From positions 1 through 31,303 of IMG/VR virus record IMGVR_UViG_3300010206_000003: DNA of 31,303 nucleotides; one strand, 5' to 3'. Under the pieces are notes generated by a model. It searched no databases. It was given only the letters and a program-made list of their open reading frames with translations, and was not told the origin of the DNA. A program made the position numbers and the translations under genes. Below are positions 23,943 to 31,303 of this stretch, piece after piece; position 1 is the first letter of the stretch, and each line of letters begins with the position of its first letter. Source of the DNA: a virus. Lineage: Duplodnaviria > Caudoviricetes.

Positions 23943-24917
23943 ATGGCCACCAGCCGCCCGTTCGTCGTCGATGCCACGCTTACCGCCGTGGCGATCGGCT
24001 TCAAGAATGGCTCCGCGATGCGGATTGCCGACAAGGTTCTGCCGCGCCTGCCGGTGTCGAACGAAAAGTTCAAATACACGGTCTACCCGATCAGCGAGGC
24101 CTTCAACACGCCCGACGCGCGTGTCGGGCGCAAGGGCGCGGTCAAGCAGCTCGAGTTCAGCGGCACCGAGGTGACCTCGGACGTGGTTGATTACGGTCTC
24201 GACAGTCCGATTCCGCAATCGGACATCGACGCTGCGAATGCCGCCAAGGCCGAAGGTCGGACGATCTATGACCCGGAAGCCCATGCGACCGAGATGCTGA
24301 CCGAGACCATCGAGAACATCCGCGAAGCGCGGGTGGCGAACATGGTCTTCAGCGCGGCCTCCTATGCGGCCAGCCGCCGGATCACGCTTTCGGGCGGGTC
24401 GCAGTTTTCGGACTATGCGAACTCGGATCCGATCGGCGTCATCGCGACCGGGATGGATGCGACCCTGGTCTATCGCCCGAACACCGTCGTGATGGGGCGT
24501 GCGGTCTGGTCGAAGGTGTCGTCGCACCCGAAGATCGTAAACGCGGTCAAGGGCAACGTCTCCAACCAGGGCCGGATCTCGATCGAGCAGTTCAAGGAGC
24601 TGCTCGCGGGCGACGGGATCACCGAGGTTCTGGTGGGCGATGCCTGGGCGAACACCGCCAAGCCGGGCCAGAACCCGGCGCTGGCGCGCACCTGGGGCAA
24701 TCACCTGGCGCTTCTGCATCTCAACCCGCTGGCCTCGGTCGAGCAGGGCGGCATCACCTTCGGCTTCACGGCGCAGCTCGGCGACCGTCTGGCCGGGCGG
24801 ATCGAGGATCCGGATATCGGCCTTCAGGGCGGTTTCCGCATCCGCGTCGGCGAGCGGGTCCGCGAGCTGATCTCGGCGCAGGACGTCGGTTACTTCGTGC
24901 AAAACGCCATCGCCTGA
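23943..24917 (+). CDS. Major capsid protein
   Basis: 324 aa after protease and cement genes; PF.VD..LT.VA.G, RE.RVA and SDP....PN..V.G motifs. Confidence 0.88.
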   Translation: MATSRPFVVDATLTAVAIGFKNGSAMRIADKVLPRLPVSNEKFKYTVYPISEAFNTPDARVGRKGAVKQLEFSGTEVTSDVVDYGLDSPIPQSDIDAANAAKAEGRTIYDPEAHATEMLTETIENIREARVANMVFSAASYAASRRITLSGGSQFSDYANSDPIGVIATGMDATLVYRPNTVVMGRAVWSKVSSHPKIVNAVKGNVSNQGRISIEQFKELLAGDGITEVLVGDAWANTAKPGQNPALARTWGNHLALLHLNPLASVEQGGITFGFTAQLGDRLAGRIEDPDIGLQGGFRIRVGERVRELISAQDVGYFVQNAIA

Positions 24918-24935
24918 TCGGCCTGATGCGACTGC

Positions 24936-24960
24936 GGCATGGCGCGCCTCGCGCCGTGCC
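24936..24960 (+). terminator. Hairpin after the capsid gene (terminator or mRNA stabiliser)
   Basis: GGCATGGCGCG-CCT-CGCGCCGTGCC, 11-bp stem with one G.U pair; no U-tract. Confidence 0.5.
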
Positions 24961-24980
24961 CCCACCCAAAGGAGAAGACC

Positions 24981-25184
24981 ATGGCCAAGAAGCCCGAACC
25001 CGCCCCCGAAACCGGCACCGTCACCGCCAATGTCATCGACGCGCTCGACCGCGACGGCGAGACCTATGGCCCCGGCGACACCGTCGAACTGCCCACCGCC
25101 GAAGCGTTCAAGCTGCGCAGCCTTGGCGTCGTCGCCTTCGACGATGAAGCGACGGCCCCCGCGGAGCCCAAGTCGGCGACCTGA
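24981..25184 (+). CDS. Small head-associated protein, 67 aa
   Basis: SD AAAGGAG; DGETYGPGDTVEL...A..L...G motif; Mu gp35 position. Confidence 0.78.
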   Translation: MAKKPEPAPETGTVTANVIDALDRDGETYGPGDTVELPTAEAFKLRSLGVVAFDDEATAPAEPKSAT

Positions 25185-25304
25185 GATTTCAGGCAGCGAG
25201 CAAACGTCCTTTCCTCAGCGTGAGGTCGCAAGGCCAAGCAACAGCGCAAAAACACGGGCGTGACAGCCGGGAGAGACCGGCACCAACCTTCAGGATCGGC
25301 ACCC

Positions 25305-25733
25305 ATGACCTATGCGACGCAACAGCAGATGATCGACCGGTACGGCACCTCGGCGCTGGTGATGCTGACCGACCGCGCCGAATTTGCCACCGGCGTGATC
25401 GATGCCGCGATGATCGATCGTGCGCTGGCCGATGCTGATGCGACGATCGACGGCTATCTGGCCCGGCACTATGCCCTGCCGCTTGCCGTTGTCCCGCCGC
25501 AACTGCCGCCGATTGCGCAGGCCCTGGCCTATTGGTCGCTGCATCTGACCGAGCCCGACGGCAAGACCAAGGCCGATTACGACACCGCCCTGCGCATGCT
25601 CAAGGACATCGCCGATGGCCGCGTGCGGCTGGCCGTGGCAGGCACTGAGCCGCAGACGACGGCGGCCAGCGGTGTGCGGATGACCGATAGTTCCAGGCCG
25701 CTGTCGGCTGGTTCCATGAAGGGCTTCATCTGA
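25305..25733 (+). CDS. Mu gp36-like (DUF1320) head-tail connector
   Basis: MTYAT......RYG, ADA.A.IDGYL...Y.LPL and Y..A...L.DIA.G motifs. Confidence 0.9.
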   Translation: MTYATQQQMIDRYGTSALVMLTDRAEFATGVIDAAMIDRALADADATIDGYLARHYALPLAVVPPQLPPIAQALAYWSLHLTEPDGKTKADYDTALRMLKDIADGRVRLAVAGTEPQTTAASGVRMTDSSRPLSAGSMKGFI

Positions 25734-26173
25734 TGGCCGACGTGGAAGACATCATCTCCCGGCTCAAGGATCGCGTGGATGGCTTGGGCGGCCGCGTCTG
25801 GGGGGCCGCCGAATTCGGCGCGCTGACCGCAACCGGGCAGCTGCCGCAGGTTACCCCCGCGGCCCATGTCATCCCGACCGGGATCAAGGGCGGTTCGCAG
25901 GCGGCACGCACCGGTGCCTACGTCCAGTCGATCGAGCGCCTCTATTCCGTGGTCCTTACCGTCAAGGCCGGGGATGCCTCTGGCGCCCGGGCGCTGCCGG
26001 TGATCGGCGATCTGATCGACGCCATCATTGCCGCGCTGTCGGGGTGGGACTGGGGCGGCCGCGTCAGCGTCATGACGTTCCGCAACTGCACTCTGAGCCG
26101 CGCCGCCGCAGGCGCCTTTGCCTACGACATTTCGTTTTCGATCACCGATCAGCTGAGGATCATCCCGTCATGA
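25733..26173 (+). CDS. Mu gp37-like tail terminator
   Basis: Position after gp36; TPAAHVIP and AL.GW motifs. Confidence 0.75.
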   Translation: MADVEDIISRLKDRVDGLGGRVWGAAEFGALTATGQLPQVTPAAHVIPTGIKGGSQAARTGAYVQSIERLYSVVLTVKAGDASGARALPVIGDLIDAIIAALSGWDWGGRVSVMTFRNCTLSRAAAGAFAYDISFSITDQLRIIPS

Positions 26174-26337
26174 GCAAGACCAAAACTGCTGCCGCGCTGC
26201 CCGCCCAGCCCTACCCTGATCGGGGCGGATCGTTCCTGCTCGATGAGGTTGCCGGAACCCTTACGCCCATCGAAACGGCAGGTGAAACCCCCGTTCAAGA
26301 CCCCGTTGAAACCACCGCTGAACAGGAGCCGCGCTGA
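26170..26337 (+). CDS. Small protein preceding the tail tube, 55 aa
   Basis: ATGA and TGATG overlaps; P..GGSF motif. Confidence 0.65.
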   Translation: MSKTKTAAALPAQPYPDRGGSFLLDEVAGTLTPIETAGETPVQDPVETTAEQEPR

Positions 26338-27302
26338 TGTCGGACCGTCTGACCCGCCGCACCGCCATCATGGCAAAACTGGAGTCAGTCTACGGCACTG
26401 CCGAAACGGCCTTCGTCGCGACCGATGCCATCTTGCTTGTCGATCAGCCCGATTTCCAGATCGAGCCGGACACCGTGCCGCGCAACCTCGTGCTGCCGTG
26501 GCTCGGCAATTCCGAAGAGCTTCCCGGGCCGCGCCGCGCGCGCTTGAAGTTCAAGGTGGAACTGGTCGGCTCGGGTGCTGCGGGCACCCCGCCCGCTTGG
26601 GGCAAGCTGTTGCGCGGCTGCGGGTTCGCCGAAACCATCACTGCAGGCTCGCGCGTCGAATATACGCCCGTCAATGCGGGTTTCGAGGGGCTTACGTTCC
26701 GGTTCTTTCGGGATGGCGTTCGATATGTCGCGCGGGGCGGCCGCGGCACGGTCAAGCTGAATCTGGCGGCCTTCACCGTGCCCACTGCCGAGTTCGACTT
26801 CATGGCGCTCGATGTCGATACGGTTGCCGCCAGCGTCCCGGCGATTGACCTGACCGCGTTCATCGGCCCGGAGGTCGTGTCAGACGTCGCTGCCGGTGTC
26901 CTCTCGATGGGCTCGACCATGGCACTGGGCGTTGTGACCGGGGGCACGGTCCTGGCCTCGAAAGGCCTTTCGATCGACGTGGGCAACAAGCTGGCCCATT
27001 CCAAGCTGCTCGGTGGCGAGTCGATCAAGATCACCGACCGCACGGTAGCGGGTCAATTGTCGGCCGATCTGGACGCTGCTGCCGAGATCGCATGGCGCGC
27101 CGACGTGAACGCCAATACCCTGACATCGATCGGCTTCCAGCACGGGTCGGCTACGGGCAAGCGCATTGGCGTTTTCGGTGGGCGGGTGCAGCGCACCACG
27201 CCGCAGGCGATCGACGCGGATGGCAGCGTGATGATCCAGACCAATCTGCGCTTCCTGCCAGGCCTGACCGGTACCCCCGAAGTCACCATCGTTGCGAGGT
27301 AA
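26337..27302 (+). CDS. Major tail tube protein (non-contractile tail)
   Basis: AK.E..YGT, VEL.GSG.AGT.P.WG.LLR.CG and G.RG.V motifs; no sheath gene nearby. Confidence 0.85.
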   Translation: MSDRLTRRTAIMAKLESVYGTAETAFVATDAILLVDQPDFQIEPDTVPRNLVLPWLGNSEELPGPRRARLKFKVELVGSGAAGTPPAWGKLLRGCGFAETITAGSRVEYTPVNAGFEGLTFRFFRDGVRYVARGGRGTVKLNLAAFTVPTAEFDFMALDVDTVAASVPAIDLTAFIGPEVVSDVAAGVLSMGSTMALGVVTGGTVLASKGLSIDVGNKLAHSKLLGGESIKITDRTVAGQLSADLDAAAEIAWRADVNANTLTSIGFQHGSATGKRIGVFGGRVQRTTPQAIDADGSVMIQTNLRFLPGLTGTPEVTIVAR

Positions 27303-27306
27303 GCCG

Positions 27307-27744
27307 ATGTCGAACTCCGAAGACCTTGAAGCACTGTTCCCGATGCGCCGCGATATCACCATCGCGGGCAACCAGGTTGCGATAGGCGCGCTGAAGGTGC
27401 GCCAGTTCGGCGCGTTTTCGAAAGTGTCGGAGCCTTTTGCCGGGCACGTCATCACCGGCGACTATCTGGCCGCGGTCGTGCAGCACCCCGATGCCGTCAT
27501 CGCGGCGCTGGAGATCGCGACCGGTCAGCACGGTGCGGTGTTTGAGGACATGCTGCCGGACGAGGTGATGCAGATCTTGGCCGAGGTGATGGAGATCAAC
27601 CTGCGTTTTTTCGGCCAATGCCTGCTTCCGATTCGGGACAGGCTGCGCGAGCGGATGCTGATGATCGCGGAGCGCTCGACTGGGCAACCGCCGTCGCCCG
27701 CCTCGTCCGCTGGGGACACGACCTTGCCGCCGTCGGAGAGCTGA
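27307..27744 (+). CDS. Tail assembly chaperone (lambda G-like)
   Basis: Lies between tail tube and tape measure; contains EINLRFF at a slippery site. Confidence 0.8.
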   Translation: MSNSEDLEALFPMRRDITIAGNQVAIGALKVRQFGAFSKVSEPFAGHVITGDYLAAVVQHPDAVIAALEIATGQHGAVFEDMLPDEVMQILAEVMEINLRFFGQCLLPIRDRLRERMLMIAERSTGQPPSPASSAGDTTLPPSES

Positions 27745-27908
27745 CGGTCGCTCAGCTCGATGTCCTGATGCGCGGTCATGCTGCGGTGGACGAGATCGAG
27801 CATCGCAATCTTATTGCGGCGTTCAAGGCCGCGCTTTCCGAAGCCCCGGAGCTCTCGGCCGCGCCAGTGCCCGGCGCTCCCATCAACGGCGATATCCGGT
27901 TCCTCTGA
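27606..27908 (+). CDS. -1 frame extension of the tail chaperone (G-T-like fusion)
   Basis: Heptamer T TTT TTC at 27606-27612; the -1 frame stays open to TGA 27908 and reads WATAVARLVRWGH....V..LT..Q. Confidence 0.7.
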   Translation, partial: FFRPMPASDSGQAARADADDRGALDWATAVARLVRWGHDLAAVGELTVAQLDVLMRGHAAVDEIEHRNLIAAFKAALSEAPELSAAPVPGAPINGDIRFL

Positions 27909-27915
27909 GGCTCAC

Positions 27916-30159
27916 ATGAACGACATGGTGGCGGCATTCGAGATCAGGGCACGGGCCGATCAGGCCAAGGCCGAGATTTCGCAGTTGCGGGGCGAACTCG
28001 ACAAGACTGGTACCGCGGCTGATCAGGCGGGGCAGAAGGGCAAGAAGCTTGGCGAGGCCTTTGGCGAGCTGCCACGTACCGTGACGCCGAAAGTTCAGGA
28101 GCTTGGCCGCGAGTTTGAAGCTCTCGGAAAATCCGCAGCATCTGGCAGCAGTCAAACGGCGCGAAATCTGGCATTTCAGTTCAGCCAAGTCCTGCAGATG
28201 GGGCAGGTAACCGGCAACTATATGCAAGCCCTCGCAATCCAGATCCCAGACATGGCGATGGGATTCGGCACTCTCGGCATTGCGGTCGGCGCCGTTGCTG
28301 GCGTCGCCCTGCCACTGCTGGTCAATTGGTTTACGTCGGCGTCGGACAGCGGCAAGGAGCTGGACAATACCCTCTCCGAAATCAACGCCGCCTTCGACGC
28401 CTACGCGAAATACGCCGAAATTGCTGCGATGGAGACCCTGAAGCTGAAGGAGAAATTCCACGGCTTCGCCAGCGAGGTGCAGGGGTTTTCCGAGTACATG
28501 AAGGGCCTCGAAACAGGCAAGGCTCTCGACGGGTTGAGTGCATCTATCGACCCCCTCAAGGGGCAGTTGCTCAGCATTCAGCAAACATTCGCAGAGCTGA
28601 CCAAGGCGCAGGCGGCGCTCGCGAACGCGCAGAAGAACCCCATGGCAAGTTCGGAGCAGGTCCTTCTCTACGCGGATAACGTGCGGATGCTTCAGGAAGA
28701 GGTCGATGCAGCCGCCGCTAAGCTCGGTATGTCCGCGGACGAGGCGCGGCAACTGGCGAGCGCTTTTGATGATCTCGGGGCGTCAAGTTCGTTCGTTGAA
28801 ATAGCTGCCTCTGCCGGTTCTGCGCTTGCCATCATCCAGCAGATCTACCCTGCTTCGGAAGCTGTTCCGGGTCCGCTCCGTGACGCGGTCACGGCCTTGG
28901 CTGAGATGCAGCGACGCGCGGCCGAAGCATCCGACAGCCTGACCGTGGCGCAGACGATGGGCGACGCCTTGATGACGGCGCTCGACTCGGCTGCAGGTGC
29001 TGCATCAATGCTGGGGGCAAGTGTGCCAGGAGCCGGTTGGCTCGATGGGGCGATCTCGGGCGCGTCGAGACTTGCGGCACAGTTGTGGGATGCGGCCCGG
29101 GCCCGGGCGGCGGCGACGGACACGGCGGCACCGATGGCAGATGATCGCCGCGAAAACATCATCGCTAATCGACGCGGCGTGCATGATGCGACGGCCATCG
29201 TGCGTGATCGCGCGAGGCAAGCCTCCCTGCGCGGCGGTGGCGGTGGTGGCGGTGGTGCCTCGGTCGATCGGGAAAGCTTCGACGCGGTGACCAAGTCTGC
29301 CGAAGATGCTTTGACGGCCATGGATACCGCGATCGCGGCGATTCACGAGAAGGTCGCGCTCGGGCTGATGTCCGTTTCTGAAGGTGAAGAGGCCATAACT
29401 CGCGCGAAGGATCGTGCGGCGACGTCGATTGCTGATCTGATCCCCAAGATGCAGGCAGCCAATGACGTGTCGGGTACGCAGGCGGTGGCGGCCGTTGAGA
29501 AATGGCGGCTGGAAGTGCGTGGGCTCGCACGAGATTACGAGGACGTTACGAACCGCATTGCAGACTCAGCCAAGAATTCTGCGCAGTCGAGTTTTGCGGA
29601 TTGGCTGAGTGGTGCCAAGTCGGGAAAGGAGGCGCTCGACGATTTCGGTCAGCATGTGTTGGCCACGTTTGCTCGCATCGCCGCGCAGCGTTTTGCCGAT
29701 GCGGTATTCAACCCGATCATCGACGGCTTGATCGGTGCATTCTTGCCCGGCAGCGTAACAGCGAATGCCAATGGGGGCGTCTACTCCGGGGCTGGAATTG
29801 GTGCTTACAGCGGCACTGTCGTCACCCGCCCGACCTTGTTCGCCTTCGCCAAGGGCACGGGTTTGATGGGCGAAGCCGGTCCTGAGGCCATCCTGCCTCT
29901 TGACCGCGACTCAAGCGGAAAACTGGGGGTTCGGGCATCCGTGTCCGCGGCTGCGGCCGCTGGCCCCGTGATCAACATCATCAACCAGTCATCCGCCCGT
30001 GTCGGCGAGGTTCAAGAGAGGAACGACACTTCGGGGCGGCGGCGCTATGACATCGTTATGTCCGACGCAGTTTCCGTAGGGTTGTCTGCGCCCGGCGGAA
30101 AAGCGCGCCGGACTCTGCGGCAAGCCTACGGCATCAACCCGGCGGGGATCATGCGATGA
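27916..30159 (+). CDS. Tape measure protein, 747 aa
   Basis: Ala-rich helical protein; C-terminal NANGGV and GLMGEAGPEAILPL motifs of lambda-like tape measures. Confidence 0.92.
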   Translation: MNDMVAAFEIRARADQAKAEISQLRGELDKTGTAADQAGQKGKKLGEAFGELPRTVTPKVQELGREFEALGKSAASGSSQTARNLAFQFSQVLQMGQVTGNYMQALAIQIPDMAMGFGTLGIAVGAVAGVALPLLVNWFTSASDSGKELDNTLSEINAAFDAYAKYAEIAAMETLKLKEKFHGFASEVQGFSEYMKGLETGKALDGLSASIDPLKGQLLSIQQTFAELTKAQAALANAQKNPMASSEQVLLYADNVRMLQEEVDAAAAKLGMSADEARQLASAFDDLGASSSFVEIAASAGSALAIIQQIYPASEAVPGPLRDAVTALAEMQRRAAEASDSLTVAQTMGDALMTALDSAAGAASMLGASVPGAGWLDGAISGASRLAAQLWDAARARAAATDTAAPMADDRRENIIANRRGVHDATAIVRDRARQASLRGGGGGGGGASVDRESFDAVTKSAEDALTAMDTAIAAIHEKVALGLMSVSEGEEAITRAKDRAATSIADLIPKMQAANDVSGTQAVAAVEKWRLEVRGLARDYEDVTNRIADSAKNSAQSSFADWLSGAKSGKEALDDFGQHVLATFARIAAQRFADAVFNPIIDGLIGAFLPGSVTANANGGVYSGAGIGAYSGTVVTRPTLFAFAKGTGLMGEAGPEAILPLDRDSSGKLGVRASVSAAAAAGPVINIINQSSARVGEVQERNDTSGRRRYDIVMSDAVSVGLSAPGGKARRTLRQAYGINPAGIMR

Positions 30160-30578
30160 GCTATCCCACTTGGCCCGCCACGCTGCCCCGGCCCGAGCGA
30201 TCAAGCTATCAGCTGCAACCGCAGGACGGTCGTCGCAAGCGCGGCTTTGAGGCCGGTCCGCCCGGGTATCGCCGCCGCTTTTCCTCCGTGGCGCAGATGG
30301 TGACGCTGGCGATCGTGTGCGATTCATACCAGCGTCAGACATTCTGGACCTTCTATGAGACCGGCTGTGCGGGCGGGGCATCACTTTTTTGGATGCCAGA
30401 TCCGACGCGGGACGGATGGCCGGTTCTTACTTCGGCTGGGGTGCCATTGCTGGATGCTGCAGGAGATCCCGTAATCGCTTCGGCGATATGGCTGTGCACC
30501 TGGGGCGATGCCCCGCCGATCGAGATGGTCGATGGTCTGGAGTTCCAGTTGCAGTTCGCTGTCGTGGTGATGCCATGA
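30156..30578 (+). CDS. Distal tail protein-like
   Basis: WP..LP.P, GP...RRRFS and F.MPDP motifs; position after the tape measure. Confidence 0.78.
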   Translation: MSYPTWPATLPRPERSSYQLQPQDGRRKRGFEAGPPGYRRRFSSVAQMVTLAIVCDSYQRQTFWTFYETGCAGGASLFWMPDPTRDGWPVLTSAGVPLLDAAGDPVIASAIWLCTWGDAPPIEMVDGLEFQLQFAVVVMP

Positions 30579-31102
30579 GCCGCCGTCTCTCTCTCAACGC
30601 GCGCCAGGCGCAGATCGATGCGGTCTCCGCCGAGATCGAGGTGGTGCTGATCGAGGTCACCCACCCGGATCTCGAAGCGCCGTTCCGGCTGAGCACCGAC
30701 AACACCGAGCGCCTCACCGAAGAGCCGCTGGTTTACGGCACCCGCTCCAGCTGGCGTGGCGCGAACCCGGCCACCGATCCCTATCTCTGGATCGTCGCCT
30801 CGGCCGTGCTGCCCGACGACGCCGACGATGCACCGGCGCAAGCGCAGATCGTGCTCGAAAACCTCGACGCGCGCATGGTCGAGGTGCTCCGCTCCTATGT
30901 CGGGCAGGCCACGGTCGCGATGGCCGTGGTCGAGGCTGGCACCCCCGATGTGATCGAGGCCGAGTGGCAGGATCTGCGCCTCACCAATGCCGAGGGCACC
31001 GCGTCCGAGATCACGCTCTCGCTTTCGCGCGACGAGATCGAGCTGGAGCATTTCCCCTCGGGCCGGATGACGCGGCAGAAATTCCCGGGGTTGTGGCGAT
31101 GA
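30575..31102 (+). CDS. Minor tail protein (DUF1833-like)
   Basis: LIEVTHPDL..P.RL, LPDD and FPGLW motifs. Confidence 0.78.
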   Translation: MSRRLSLNARQAQIDAVSAEIEVVLIEVTHPDLEAPFRLSTDNTERLTEEPLVYGTRSSWRGANPATDPYLWIVASAVLPDDADDAPAQAQIVLENLDARMVEVLRSYVGQATVAMAVVEAGTPDVIEAEWQDLRLTNAEGTASEITLSLSRDEIELEHFPSGRMTRQKFPGLWR

Positions 31103-31303
31103 ATTGGTCCAACCGCTACATTGGCATCCCCACCCTCGATCACGGCCGCACCGCCGAGGGCGCCGATTGCTGGGGCCTCGCCTGCATCATCTACCGCGAA
31201 GAGCTCGGCATCACGCTGCCCGAGTACCTCGGCTATGGCTCAGTCGATGAGCATGCCGAGATCTCGGCGCTGATCGAGGGGGCGAAAACCTCGCCGCTCT
31301 GGC
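31099..31303 (+). CDS. NlpC/P60 tail assembly protein, partial
   Basis: MNWSNRYIGIP...HGRTAEGADCWGL, the NlpC/P60 catalytic Cys motif; runs off the window. Confidence 0.88.
   Translation, partial: MNWSNRYIGIPTLDHGRTAEGADCWGLACIIYREELGITLPEYLGYGSVDEHAEISALIEGAKTSPLW

Larger units (their letters stand above)
789..31303 (+). mobile_element. Mu-like transposable prophage with siphovirus-type tail; right end beyond the window
   Basis: MuA and MuB, GemA, Mor/C-like activator, Mu gp26/27/28/29/F/G/I/36/37-like genes in Mu order; no tail sheath; TG terminus at 789. Confidence 0.93.

Noticed and set aside
26170-27302. Contractile tail as in phage Mu
   Set aside because: No sheath or baseplate genes; tube, chaperone, tape measure, distal tail and NlpC/P60 order is siphovirus-like.
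29232-29256. GGC/GGT triplet run
   Set aside because: Encodes an ordinary poly-Gly linker in the tape measure protein.

Overview
High-GC alphaproteobacterial DNA, probably Rhodobacteraceae-like (inferred from gene content). Bases 1-788 are host: the 3' end of nrdJ and two small ORFs. From a probable left end at 789 (CCCAG|TGTTG) to the window edge lies a Mu-type transposable prophage with a non-contractile tail. In order it carries a left-end accessory region, a CI-like S24 repressor and Cro/Ner switch with three operators, an early operon (ParB-like, MuA, MuB, DUF3164, GemA, MT-A70 methylase, Mor/C-like activator), lysis genes, terminase, portal, MuF, protease/scaffold, capsid, tail tube, a chaperone with a -1 frameshift site, tape measure and tail-tip genes. 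The right end is outside the window. The most unusual element is at 1851-2867, directly downstream of the repressor: three tandem, translationally coupled micro-ORFs (28, 51 and 46 aa), each with S-x-Q-P and ending in KPKPKG. They converge on a membrane protein gene and the last one shares a CTAG stop overlap with it. A decayed second copy of the repressor C-terminus sits beside this cassette. Other highlights are a perfect palindrome inside the ParB-like gene and a MuF protein with an HExxH extension followed by a candidate immunity gene. Family names come from motif recognition by eye; no database search was run.
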